From an uncultured Holophaga sp. (GTDB lineage Bacteria > Acidobacteriota > Holophagae > Holophagales > Holophagaceae): a stretch of DNA of 64,000 bases. Made by a program: the position numbers and the translations under genes. The stretch covers positions 3,232,001 through 3,296,000 of the forward strand of contig OY761614.1 in NCBI GenBank assembly GCA_963664825.1, given 5' to 3'. Positions within the stretch are counted from its first letter, which is position 1; every line of letters begins with the position of its first letter. A model generated the notes under the pieces. That model ran no database searches, had not been told where the DNA came from, and worked only from the letters and a program-made list of their open reading frames with translations. Below are positions 21,060-30,213 of the stretch, piece after piece.

Positions 21060-22736
21060 ATGAATTCCCGCCCCTGGCACCTCCGTCGCGCCATCCTTCC
21101 CGGAAAGGAACCCTGGGCGCCGCTCCAGAGCGCCTTCGGCCTATCGAGGGAGGCCGCCCGCCTCGCCTGGCTGCGGGGCGAAGATACCGTCGAGGCCCTA
21201 GCGTGGCGGATGAGCCCCGAGTGGTCCAAGACCTTCGATCCCTTCCTGCTCCAGGGCATGCCCCAGGCCGTGGCGCGGATCCGGCGCGCCCTCCGGGAGG
21301 GCGAGCGCGTGGTCGTCTACGGCGACTACGACGTGGATGGCGTCACCGCCACGGCCCTGCTGGTGAGGGTGCTGGAGAAGCTGGGGAGAAAGCCCGAATT
21401 CTTCATTCCCAACCGCTTCAACGATGGATATGGCCTGCATCTGGACTGCATTCGGGAACTCCTGCAGGCCGGAGGTCCGGGCCTGTTCATCTCGGTGGAT
21501 TGCGGCATCCGTTCCTTGGAGGAAGTTGCCGAAAGCGCCCAACTGGGCATCGATTGGATCATCACCGATCACCATGCCACGGGTCCGGCCCTGCCTCCGG
21601 CCATCGCCGTCCTCCATCCCTCGCTGGGAGAGCAACCCAATGGCTCCCTGGCGGGTGTGGGGGTGGCCTTCAAGCTGGGGCAGGCCCTGCTGGACGCCGT
21701 GCCGACCCCGAAGGATGGGGATATCCCCTTCCTGGACGGGCTGCTCAAGCTGGTGGCCCTGGGCAGCATCGCCGATATGGTGCCCCTCAGAGGCGAGAAC
21801 GCACTGCTGGTCAAGCGCGGGCTTCGGGCCCTTGGATCGGCCAACGGTCCTGGGCTCCGGGAATTGTTCAAGGTGGCCCGAATCGAAGGGATCCCCAAGG
21901 CCTCCGAGATCGCCTTCGGGGTCGCACCGCGCCTGAATGCGGTGGGCCGGATGGGGGCGGCCGAGGATGCCGTCCGGCTGCTGCTGACCCGGGATCCCGG
22001 GGAAGCCAAGCGCCTCGCCGAACAGGTGGAATCCCTCAACCAAGCCCGCAAGGAGGTGCAGGCTGAACTCCTCGCATTACTCCCGGCCCCGGATGGGGAG
22101 GCCTTCGACCTGGTCATTTCCAACGGGGCCCACAAGGGCGTGCTCGGCATCGTAGCGGCTCAGCGGATGAGGGAAAGCGGTCTTCCCACGGGGGTGGGGA
22201 CGACGTTCGAAGGCCTGTCCCAGTGTTCCCTCCGGGCCCCGGAGGGCTTCGATCTCACCGAACTGCTCGTCCTGGCTCAGCCCTTCCTACGCTCAGGAGG
22301 TGGCCACCGAGCCGCCGCCGGTATTACCTTCGAAATCTCGCGCCTTTCCTTCGTGCGGCAGGCGCTCTCCCGGGGAGCCGCCCTCCAGGCCGCCCACCGG
22401 GTCATCCGGGGGTTGGCGGTGGATGGCCTGGGGGATGGGGAAATCCCCAGGGCCGAAGAGCTGAGGGCCCTGGAACCCTTCGGTCAGGATTTCCCGGAGC
22501 CCCTGGTGGCCCTGGAGGGCCGATTGTTTGAACCTAGTCGAGCCTTCGGAAAGGGTCATCGGAAGTTCAGTCTGGAGGGCATCCCGGAGGGCTTCATCTG
22601 GTTTTTTGGCGAGGAACAGGCGTCCCTGCTCGAAGTGGGCCAGACCCTGCGCCTGGCCGCCTCCCCCCAGGATCATCCCCGCTGGGGCCGGTCCTGGAGG
22701 GTGGACACCTTCCTGGGTCTAGAGGAGGTCCCATGA
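21060..22736 (+). CDS. recJ: ssDNA-specific exonuclease RecJ
   Basis: YGDYDVDG, SVDCG, ITDHH, APRLNAVGR, GGHRAAAG, LEPFG motifs. Confidence 0.92.
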   Translation: MNSRPWHLRRAILPGKEPWAPLQSAFGLSREAARLAWLRGEDTVEALAWRMSPEWSKTFDPFLLQGMPQAVARIRRALREGERVVVYGDYDVDGVTATALLVRVLEKLGRKPEFFIPNRFNDGYGLHLDCIRELLQAGGPGLFISVDCGIRSLEEVAESAQLGIDWIITDHHATGPALPPAIAVLHPSLGEQPNGSLAGVGVAFKLGQALLDAVPTPKDGDIPFLDGLLKLVALGSIADMVPLRGENALLVKRGLRALGSANGPGLRELFKVARIEGIPKASEIAFGVAPRLNAVGRMGAAEDAVRLLLTRDPGEAKRLAEQVESLNQARKEVQAELLALLPAPDGEAFDLVISNGAHKGVLGIVAAQRMRESGLPTGVGTTFEGLSQCSLRAPEGFDLTELLVLAQPFLRSGGGHRAAAGITFEISRLSFVRQALSRGAALQAAHRVIRGLAVDGLGDGEIPRAEELRALEPFGQDFPEPLVALEGRLFEPSRAFGKGHRKFSLEGIPEGFIWFFGEEQASLLEVGQTLRLAASPQDHPRWGRSWRVDTFLGLEEVP

Positions 22737-24478
22737 GGTTCTGGAACCTGCTGAACGCCCGGAACCCGCTCTGGAAATTCCTGGGCTGGGCGATCCTCGG
22801 GGGCGTGATGGTCCTGAGCGGTCTCTTTCTCTACCTCGGCCCGCGCCCGCTGGCGCCGAAGGCGAAAGGCGATATCTTCCGCGGCACCGAAGGGAAGTTC
22901 GGCACCATCACCGAACAGCTGAGCGAGGGCCGGATCTTCATCCTCGACTACGACACGATCGTGGGCGATCAGGAAGACCTGGAACTCTCTCACGTGAGGG
23001 CCCGACTGGAAGAACCCGAGACACTCTGGCGGCTCAAGTCCCCCTCGGGACGCCGTGCCACTGGTCAATGGACACTCCAGGGGCCCATGGCTGTCGAAGC
23101 CAGCGCCGTGCCTGTCGGCACCTTGCTGGGGCAGGGGTCCATGCCGGCCCCGGGGCCGGCCCTGCTCTGGGATCACGGCGTCTGGAAGGGGCTCGCGCCC
23201 CTGGTGTGGCAAGACATGGAAGGGCAGGGCCGGGGGCGCTGGTTCCTGCCGGTGGGTTGGCGCCGGGATCTGGATGGCCGTTTTACCGTGGACAAGGGGC
23301 CCGTGATGTGGGAGGCCACCGATCCCGGCATGGTCAAGCACTTGCAGGCCGAGCGGCTCTGGCTGACCCTGGGCTTCCATGAAGGGCATCTCGAACAGGT
23401 GATGGCCCAGTTGGAGGATGGGAAAATATGGGCCGGCAGCGTGGATCTGGATGCGCGCGCCATCCGGTGGTCGGCGCCGGTCCGCTTCGAACGCAATGAC
23501 GGCTGGCATGGGGATGCCGAAGGGGGAGTCGCCCCCCGGCCCGAAAAGGGCCAGCCCCTCGCCCAGGTCGAGTTGAAAGCCTTCAGGGCCACGCGATCGG
23601 TGAGGGGGGGGGCGGAAAGCCTCCTGGCCGAGGGGGCCCGCTGGTCTCCGGCGGGACTGAGGCTGGAAGGGAATGTGCGCTGGGAGCAGCCCCTCGATGG
23701 GGAGCGTCTCTTCTTGCGCGCACCCCGCGTCCTCATGCGGGAGGGGGCCGGGACGGATCTTCCCGAGGCCCTACCCATCGGGGAAGCCTGGGCGGAGGGT
23801 CAGCCTGTTCTCACCTGGGGGGCCCGGAGCCTCAGCAGCCCCCGCATGCAGGCCCGCAAGGTGGAACGGACCTGGCGTATCCAGGCCCCTGTGATGGGGC
23901 GCGGCGAGCAGGGCACCTTCACCGCCGGCGCAGGCCATGGCTCCCCGGCTCGCTGGGAGTTTGAGGGCCCCGTGAAGGCCAGCGTCCTCAACGGGGGCAC
24001 CCTGCGGGGCAATCGATTGCTCTGGGAAGCGGAGACCTGGACCGTCACGGGCAATCCCGCCACCTGGAACCGAGTCAAGGAAAGGCTCGCCGGGCCTCGG
24101 ATCATTCGGAAGGGCAGCACCATTACCTTCCCGGATGGCGTGAACGGCGCCCTCGTGTCCCTGGAGGGGGATTTCCTGGTCCGGGCAGACCGGGGGGAAT
24201 ATGCAGACCGAGGGGAGCATAAGGCCGGTGAGGTCCTGTTGTCGGGGCGCGTGGAGTGCCAGGGCCGCGGCTGGAGCTTGCATGCGGATCACATCTCGGT
24301 AAGGCTGGGCCCAGGTAATATCGTGAAACAGGTCGGGGCCAAGGGGTCTGTGACATTGCGAGGTCGCATGGGCGAAGGATGGGGCGAATCACTGGAACTG
24401 GATCTCGACCCGCCCAAGGCTCGCTGGCAGGGCCGAGTCCGGGGAGTGGCCGACGTGAAATCCGAGGCAAAACCATGA
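22733..24478 (+). CDS. Long membrane-anchored LptC/LptA-like (OstA jellyroll) protein
   Basis: Single N-terminal TM then repeated beta-strand units (e.g. LHADHISV, AKGSVTL); overlaps lptB start and occupies the lptCA position. Confidence 0.6.
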   Translation: MRFWNLLNARNPLWKFLGWAILGGVMVLSGLFLYLGPRPLAPKAKGDIFRGTEGKFGTITEQLSEGRIFILDYDTIVGDQEDLELSHVRARLEEPETLWRLKSPSGRRATGQWTLQGPMAVEASAVPVGTLLGQGSMPAPGPALLWDHGVWKGLAPLVWQDMEGQGRGRWFLPVGWRRDLDGRFTVDKGPVMWEATDPGMVKHLQAERLWLTLGFHEGHLEQVMAQLEDGKIWAGSVDLDARAIRWSAPVRFERNDGWHGDAEGGVAPRPEKGQPLAQVELKAFRATRSVRGGAESLLAEGARWSPAGLRLEGNVRWEQPLDGERLFLRAPRVLMREGAGTDLPEALPIGEAWAEGQPVLTWGARSLSSPRMQARKVERTWRIQAPVMGRGEQGTFTAGAGHGSPARWEFEGPVKASVLNGGTLRGNRLLWEAETWTVTGNPATWNRVKERLAGPRIIRKGSTITFPDGVNGALVSLEGDFLVRADRGEYADRGEHKAGEVLLSGRVECQGRGWSLHADHISVRLGPGNIVKQVGAKGSVTLRGRMGEGWGESLELDLDPPKARWQGRVRGVADVKSEAKP

Positions 24479-25215
24479 TGGAGACCTCTGAAATCCGCCT
24501 GGAGGCCCGGCACCTCTTCAAGTCCTACGGCGAGCGCACGGTGGTCAGAGGCGTTTCGCTGGAGGTCGCCCCCGGGGAAGTCGTGGGGCTCCTGGGTCCC
24601 AATGGGGCGGGGAAGACCACCACGTTCTACATGGTCGTGGGCGTGGAAGCCCCGGATCAGGGCCGGATCTTCTGGTGGGGCAAGGACATCACCTCCATGC
24701 CCATGCACAGACGGGCTCGCAAGGGCATCGGCTACCTGCCCCAGGAATCGAGCGTCTTCCGAGGCCTGACAGTGTGGGAAAACCTCATGGCCCTGGGAGA
24801 GTTCCAGCCCATCCCCAAAGCCGAGCAGCGGGAACGCTGCGAACGCCTGATGGAGGAGTTCCACCTGCACAAGGTTCGGAATACACTCGGCATGAGCCTC
24901 TCCGGTGGCGAAAGGCGGCGCTGCGAAATGGCCCGGGCCCTGGTCACGAGTCCGAAGATCATGCTCCTGGATGAGCCCTTCGCCGGTGTCGATCCGAAGT
25001 CCGTCATGGAGATCCAGGGCCTCATCCATGATTTAAAGAAGCGGGGAATTGGCGTGCTGATCACTGACCACAATGTGCGGGAGACCTTGCAGATCGCAGA
25101 TCGGGCTTATATCTTGGCGGATGGGATGATCATGAAGCACGGACTGCCGCAGGAAATTGCCGAGGACCCGGATATCCGCCGGGTCTATCTGGGCGACAAT
25201 TTCAGGCTGGACTAG
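24475..25215 (+). CDS. lptB: LPS export ABC transporter ATPase
   Basis: GPNGAGKTTTFYM, GYLPQESSVFR, LSGGERRR, DEPFAGVDP, ITDHNVRETL; precedes rpoN. Confidence 0.95.
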   Translation: MMETSEIRLEARHLFKSYGERTVVRGVSLEVAPGEVVGLLGPNGAGKTTTFYMVVGVEAPDQGRIFWWGKDITSMPMHRRARKGIGYLPQESSVFRGLTVWENLMALGEFQPIPKAEQRERCERLMEEFHLHKVRNTLGMSLSGGERRRCEMARALVTSPKIMLLDEPFAGVDPKSVMEIQGLIHDLKKRGIGVLITDHNVRETLQIADRAYILADGMIMKHGLPQEIAEDPDIRRVYLGDNFRLD

Positions 25216-25220
25216 GCGCC

Positions 25221-26795
25221 ATGGCGAATCTCGGTCCCAATCTCTCCCAGCGCCTCTTCCAGAGCCAGACCCTGGCTCTCACGCCGGCCATGCAGCTCAA
25301 GCTGAAACTCTGGCAGATGAACCTGCTGGAGCTCAGCCAGACCATCGAACGGGAACTGGAAGAGAACCCCCTCCTGGAACTGGTGGAGAACGGGGACGAG
25401 ACGCCCACCCTGGAGGCCATCGAGGAGGGGCATGATTCCGAGGTGCTGGAGGAATCGGGCCCCGCGGAAAGCGCGGAGGTGCCCGAAGGGGCCGATACCG
25501 TCGATCTCGGTCCTCTTCCGGATTCCGCTGCGGAGATGAACCCGGAGACCAATCTCGAGGGATTCACTGAAGAAGGGGTCGCCCAGGTCCAGGAAACCGA
25601 TATGGGGGCCGAGAACTCCTGGGACGCCGATATCATTCCCCGGACCAGCAGCCTCCCCGACGATGAACGCTCCAGTTGGGAGGACCGGCTCACCAGTTCG
25701 GAGACCCTGCAGGAGCATCTGCTCTCCCAGCTCTACCAGACCATGGAAGTAGAGGATCCCCGGGCTCCCCTACTGGAGCGCCTCATCGACCACGTGGACG
25801 CCAAGGGCTTCCTCAGGCTGGACCCCGACCAGGGCCAGGAGACTTCCCCCGCCGAGCTATCCCAGGAGCTGGGCATCGAAATCCCCATGCTTCTGAGCCT
25901 CATCGAGACGCTCCAGGAGTTCGATCCCTCCGGTGTCGGCTGCTTTACGGTCAAGGAGAGCCTCCTGCTGCAACTCAACCATGCGGGTGCCGAGCCCGAT
26001 GATCTGGCGGTCCAGATCATCGAGAAGCACTCGGAGCTGCTCTCCCAACGGGATAGTGTCCGGTTGAGGAAGACCCTGGGATGCACCGAGGATGAACTGA
26101 GTGAAGCGCTGATGATTCTTCGTCATCTTCACCCCGCGCCGGGACGGGCCTTCGACCCCGAATCTGAGCGGGTGGTCAAACCCGATGTGGTGGTGCTCAA
26201 GGGGGAGGACGGCAACTGGCGGATCTATCTCAACGATGAGGGCATGCCTCGGCTCAAGGTCAACCGGGAGTACAAGACCTTCCTGGCTTCTGCCGAAGAC
26301 AAGGGCGACAAGGATTTCATCCGCGACAAATACCGCAGCGCCCGGGATTTCATTCGGGGCGTGGAGGACCGGAACCGCACCGTCCTGCGGGTCTCTAAGT
26401 CCATCGTGGAACTCCAGCAACAATTTCTGGAACAAGGGATCGAGAAGCTCCGGCCCATGGTGCTGCGGGATGTGGCCGAGGCTACGGGATTCCACGAATC
26501 CACCATCTCCCGCGTCGTGAAGGCCAAGACGATCCACACGCCTCAGGGCCTCTTCGATCTGAATTATTTTTTCAGCGCCTCACTGGGTTGCTCCAGCGGC
26601 GACGATGTTTCGGCCACCGTGGTCAAACACAAACTCAAGGCGCTCGTGCAGGCAGAGGATGCCTCGAAACCCCTGAGCGACGAGACCATCGCCCGCCTCC
26701 TGGAGCGGGATGGCATCCAGGTCGCCCGGCGCACCGTGAATAAATACCGCGAGGAACTGAAGATTCCTCCAGCTTCCCGCCGTCGGCGCCGATAA
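25221..26795 (+). CDS. rpoN: RNA polymerase sigma-54 factor
   Basis: HESTISR HTH and RpoN box ARRTVNKYRE. Confidence 0.96.
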   Translation: MANLGPNLSQRLFQSQTLALTPAMQLKLKLWQMNLLELSQTIERELEENPLLELVENGDETPTLEAIEEGHDSEVLEESGPAESAEVPEGADTVDLGPLPDSAAEMNPETNLEGFTEEGVAQVQETDMGAENSWDADIIPRTSSLPDDERSSWEDRLTSSETLQEHLLSQLYQTMEVEDPRAPLLERLIDHVDAKGFLRLDPDQGQETSPAELSQELGIEIPMLLSLIETLQEFDPSGVGCFTVKESLLLQLNHAGAEPDDLAVQIIEKHSELLSQRDSVRLRKTLGCTEDELSEALMILRHLHPAPGRAFDPESERVVKPDVVVLKGEDGNWRIYLNDEGMPRLKVNREYKTFLASAEDKGDKDFIRDKYRSARDFIRGVEDRNRTVLRVSKSIVELQQQFLEQGIEKLRPMVLRDVAEATGFHESTISRVVKAKTIHTPQGLFDLNYFFSASLGCSSGDDVSATVVKHKLKALVQAEDASKPLSDETIARLLERDGIQVARRTVNKYREELKIPPASRRRRR

Positions 26796-26885
26796 GTTGA
26801 TGGAACCCGGAACCCGGCACATGCACTCAAGGGCAGCAATAGAGTTTCCCCCAGGGCCTTTCGGCCCTTTCATAAGGAGTCCGCG

Positions 26886-27218
26886 ATGAAGGTCATCTTC
26901 ACCGGCCGCCATGTAGAGGTTTCAGAATCGCTCCGCACCTTCGCGGAAGAGCGATTCCTGAAGATGACCCCCTACCTGGACGACATCATCGACGTCCATG
27001 TCACGCTCAGCGTGGAGAAGCACCGGCACCTGGCGGAAGTCTCCGTCAAGACACGGGGTGGCGATTTCCTTGCCAGCATGGAAACAGATGACATGTACGC
27101 GAGCCTTTCCCAGGCCCTCGATAAGCTCGAGACCCAGGCCCACAAACATGCCGGGAAACAACAAGCCAGTGTGAAGACCGGCGCCAAGGAAGTGGTCCCC
27201 GTCGAAGAAACGGAATGA
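26886..27218 (+). CDS. hpf: Ribosome hibernation promoting factor (short HPF/RaiA)
   Basis: FTGRHVEVSESLR...DMYASL...KLETQ; downstream of rpoN. Confidence 0.92.
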   Translation: MKVIFTGRHVEVSESLRTFAEERFLKMTPYLDDIIDVHVTLSVEKHRHLAEVSVKTRGGDFLASMETDDMYASLSQALDKLETQAHKHAGKQQASVKTGAKEVVPVEETE

Positions 27219-27224
27219 ATTTTT

Positions 27225-28554
27225 GGTTCTTCACGTTTTTCCGGGGAAGGCCGCACGGATCTTAAGGAAGAAGTAGCCCTCATCCCGGTAGCCGTAGGCG
27301 ATGCGCTTGAGGACTTTGATCTTGTTGTTGATCCCTTCCTGGACGCTGGTATTGAGCGGCCAGCGGCAATGGGAGAGGATTCCGTCGATCCGCTGGGCGA
27401 GATTCTTGGCGAACTTCACGAGGGGCTGGAGTCCACTTGAGGTGGCGAGTTCCATCCAGTTCTCCCAGGCCTTCAGAGCCCAGCCCTCCCGCGTGTAGCG
27501 CCACAGTGCCTTCAGGGCGTCTTTCAGCACGTAGGCGGTCATCAGAGGCTGGTTCGCGTCCAATAACTCGTTGAGGCGGACTTTGGCATCCCGATTCGGC
27601 AGGTTCTCCCAATTGCCCAGCAGGAGCCACTTCGCGCCCTTGACGAGCTCCCGCGAGGCCTTGTCGTGCCGGTATCGATTGGCCTCATCCACCCGGATCC
27701 GGTCGATGACGTCATGGCCGTACTTTGCCACGACATGAAACTGGTCGTAGACGATCTCGGCGTTGGGACAGCGCGCCCGGACTTCGCCTTCGAAGGCCGC
27801 CGACATGTCTATGCCCACGGCCTGGATCCGTTTGCAGCCCTTCTTCCCGATCAGATCGAAGAACGGGCGGATGTCCTCGCGGCCACGCCCTTTCCCGACC
27901 CAGAGCACGCGACGCGTTTCCGCATCCGTGATGACCGTGGCATAGCTCTGTCCCTTGTGGATGGCGAATTCGTCCATCAGAAGAAGCCTCGCCTTGCTCA
28001 GCTTCACGGGCCCAAGTTCTCGGTCCAGGTAAGCCTTGTCGATCGCCTTCACCGTGCCCCAGTGCAGGTCATAGTGCTCCGCGACCTGTTTGATGGGCAT
28101 GACCTTGCAAAGCCGCGCCACGCTCGCGGCAAGCCGGTTCGTGATCCGGGCATGGGGCTCCAACCAGTCCAGGGCTTCCAGCTTCGGGCCGCACCGGGGG
28201 CAGGCTACTCGAGCCCGCCACACCACTAGGACTGTGTCGGCGTCGAACAGCGGAAGGTCGCGGATCTCCCGCTCTGACCAGTCGTGGACGCTCCGCACGA
28301 AATGCCCACAACCGCTGCACTTCCGGGGATGATCGCCGAACCCAAGCAACTCGATCCACACCTCGGCCCGCGGCCCCTTCACCCCGGCTTCGAAGCGCTC
28401 CACGATTCCGACGCGTTGCCCTTTCCACCCGCCCAAGCGGGACATAAGCTCTTTGGTAGGCAGTGGCGGCCTCCTTCATCTCGAGTTCTCGACAAACCCA
28501 AGATGCCTGAAATCCGCCACTGCCGACCTACTTCACGCAAATCCGCGAAGAACC
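27225..28554 (-). mobile_element. ISL3-family insertion sequence, 1330 bp, intact
   Basis: Imperfect terminal IRs (GGTTCTTCACG... / ...CGCGAAGAACC) and 8-bp direct repeats GAATTTTT at 27217-27224 and 28555-28562. Confidence 0.93.
27231..28445 (-). CDS. ISL3 family transposase
   Basis: Zn finger CSGC/CPRC, MDEFA, IDMS, YDQFHVV, EGINNKIKVLKRIAYGYRD; stop codon lies inside the IR. Confidence 0.94.
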   Translation of the reverse strand: MSRLGGWKGQRVGIVERFEAGVKGPRAEVWIELLGFGDHPRKCSGCGHFVRSVHDWSEREIRDLPLFDADTVLVVWRARVACPRCGPKLEALDWLEPHARITNRLAASVARLCKVMPIKQVAEHYDLHWGTVKAIDKAYLDRELGPVKLSKARLLLMDEFAIHKGQSYATVITDAETRRVLWVGKGRGREDIRPFFDLIGKKGCKRIQAVGIDMSAAFEGEVRARCPNAEIVYDQFHVVAKYGHDVIDRIRVDEANRYRHDKASRELVKGAKWLLLGNWENLPNRDAKVRLNELLDANQPLMTAYVLKDALKALWRYTREGWALKAWENWMELATSSGLQPLVKFAKNLAQRIDGILSHCRWPLNTSVQEGINNKIKVLKRIAYGYRDEGYFFLKIRAAFPGKT

Positions 28555-28572
28555 GAATTTTTGTAGGATTGG

Positions 28573-28608
28573 AGGGAAGGGGCCCGGATTTCCGGGCCCC
28601 TTCCCTTT
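28573..28608 (+). terminator. Intrinsic terminator, probably the original hpf terminator displaced by the IS
   Basis: AGGGAAGGGGCCCGGA-TT-TCCGGGCCCCTTCCCT followed by TT, 10 nt after the right target duplication. Confidence 0.7.
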
Positions 28609-28637
28609 GCGTTAGCCTGATCCTGGAGGAATCATTC

Positions 28638-29729
28638 GTGGTGTCGACGGCGGAAATCCTGGACAAGAGCCTCGCGGGGCGGCGCATCACGGAAGGGGAG
28701 GCTTTGTGCCTCTTCGAGGAGGCCGAGCTCCCGGAGTTGGCCTTGGCGGCGAGTTCCTGGCGGAACCGCCACAATGATCCCTCCCGGGTCAGTTATGTCG
28801 TGGATCGGAACGTCAACTACACCGATCTCTGCAATGTCCATTGCACCTTCTGCGCCTTCTACCACCCTGCCGGGGATCCCCGGGGCTATGTGCTGACCCG
28901 GGAACAACTGCGCCAGAAGGCGGAGGAGACCAAGGCCGTCGGGGGCACGGGCTTCCTGCTCCAAGGGGGCGTCAACCCTGATCTGCCCTGGGACTACTAT
29001 CTGGAACTGGTGCGCTTCCTCCACCAGGACCTGGGCCTCTGGGTCCATGGGTTCTCACCCGTGGAGATCCAGACGATGGCCACCTTGAGCGGCCAGAGCC
29101 TTCGGCAGACCTTAAGTGACCTTCGGGAGGCGGGCCTGGGCAGCCTTCCGGGAGGTGGGGCCGAGATTCTGGTGGAGCGCGTCCGCAGACGGATCGCTCC
29201 CAGGAAGGGAGGGCCCGAACGGTGGCTGGAGGTCATGGAGGCTGCCCACGAGATCGGCCTCCGCACCACGGGCACCATGATGTTCGGCATCGGGGAGACC
29301 CTCGGGGAGAGAGTGGAGCACTTCCGCGTGCTCCGGGAGCAGCAGGACCGAGCCCTAGCCCGCGAAAACGGTGGCTTCCACACGGCCTTCGCCGCCTGGC
29401 CCTTCCAGAGCGGACACACGGTCTGGGAAGGGAAGATCCCCCCGCCCACCGATGCTGAATATCTCAGAACCATCAGCATCGCCAGGATCTACCTCGATAA
29501 CTTCCCCCACATTCAAAGTTCCTGGGTCACCATGGGCCGCAAGACCGGTCAGTTAGCCCTTCACTACGGCTGCGACGACATGGGCAGCCTCATGCTGGAG
29601 GAGAATGTAGTGAGCGCCGCAGGAACCCAATATTCGGTCAACCGGGGGGAAATGGAGCGCATGATCCGGGCTGCGGGCTTCGAGCCCTGGCAGAGAGACA
29701 ACGGATATGGGAATGTGGCCTCATCCTGA
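28638..29729 (+). CDS. mqnC: Cyclic dehypoxanthine futalosine synthase (CofH/MqnC radical SAM)
   Basis: VDRNVNYT, CNVHCTFC, LLQGG, SLPGGGAEIL, IQSSWVT, EENVVSAAG; GGAGG RBS before GTG. Confidence 0.88.
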   Translation: MVSTAEILDKSLAGRRITEGEALCLFEEAELPELALAASSWRNRHNDPSRVSYVVDRNVNYTDLCNVHCTFCAFYHPAGDPRGYVLTREQLRQKAEETKAVGGTGFLLQGGVNPDLPWDYYLELVRFLHQDLGLWVHGFSPVEIQTMATLSGQSLRQTLSDLREAGLGSLPGGGAEILVERVRRRIAPRKGGPERWLEVMEAAHEIGLRTTGTMMFGIGETLGERVEHFRVLREQQDRALARENGGFHTAFAAWPFQSGHTVWEGKIPPPTDAEYLRTISIARIYLDNFPHIQSSWVTMGRKTGQLALHYGCDDMGSLMLEENVVSAAGTQYSVNRGEMERMIRAAGFEPWQRDNGYGNVASS

Positions 29730-29762
29730 GGCCGCACGATCTCAGGGGTCGCGGAATTCCCT

Positions 29763-30077
29763 TCAGTGCACGACCTTGATCGTGGCCGTAAAGGTCTCCT
29801 GGGTGGAAGTCGTGTACGTGGCCCGGACCCGGTCGGAGCCAGGCGTGGAAGGGGCCGTGTAGACGCCCTGGGCGGTTACGCTGCCGCGGTCCGCACGCCA
29901 GGTGAAAAGCGTGCCTGGCAAGGGGGCTAGGCCAATGATCTTGAAGGCCTGGACTCGGTTGACCTGGAGGGTCGCGCTCGGGGGATCGATGTGGAGGGCG
30001 TCCCGGCGCCCTGGGGCGGCCTTGGGGGCCGAGCAGGCGATGCCAAAGAGGAGCAGGGAGGCCAACATTTTTTTCAC
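29763..30077 (-). CDS. Small lipoprotein with an Ig-like fold
   Basis: Lipobox GIAC; GSVTAQGVYTAP resembles bacterial Ig-like repeats. Confidence 0.6.
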   Translation of the reverse strand: MKKMLASLLLFGIACSAPKAAPGRRDALHIDPPSATLQVNRVQAFKIIGLAPLPGTLFTWRADRGSVTAQGVYTAPSTPGSDRVRATYTTSTQETFTATIKVVH

Positions 30078-30213
30078 GGTGAGCTCCAGAGGGGGGTGGA
30101 GCCATCATACGCCCTTCTGAAGGGTGTCCCCGAGCGCCCAGGAACCGGCTACCCTAGGGGTCAGAGTCGGGCGCCGCAGCGGCGCGCCTTGAAAAGGAGC
30201 GGGGTCGGGTCGG

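Noticed and set aside
28284..28637. N-terminal extension of mqnC in the ORF track
   Set aside because: It runs through the IS end and the terminator; the RBS supports a start at GTG 28638 or 28641
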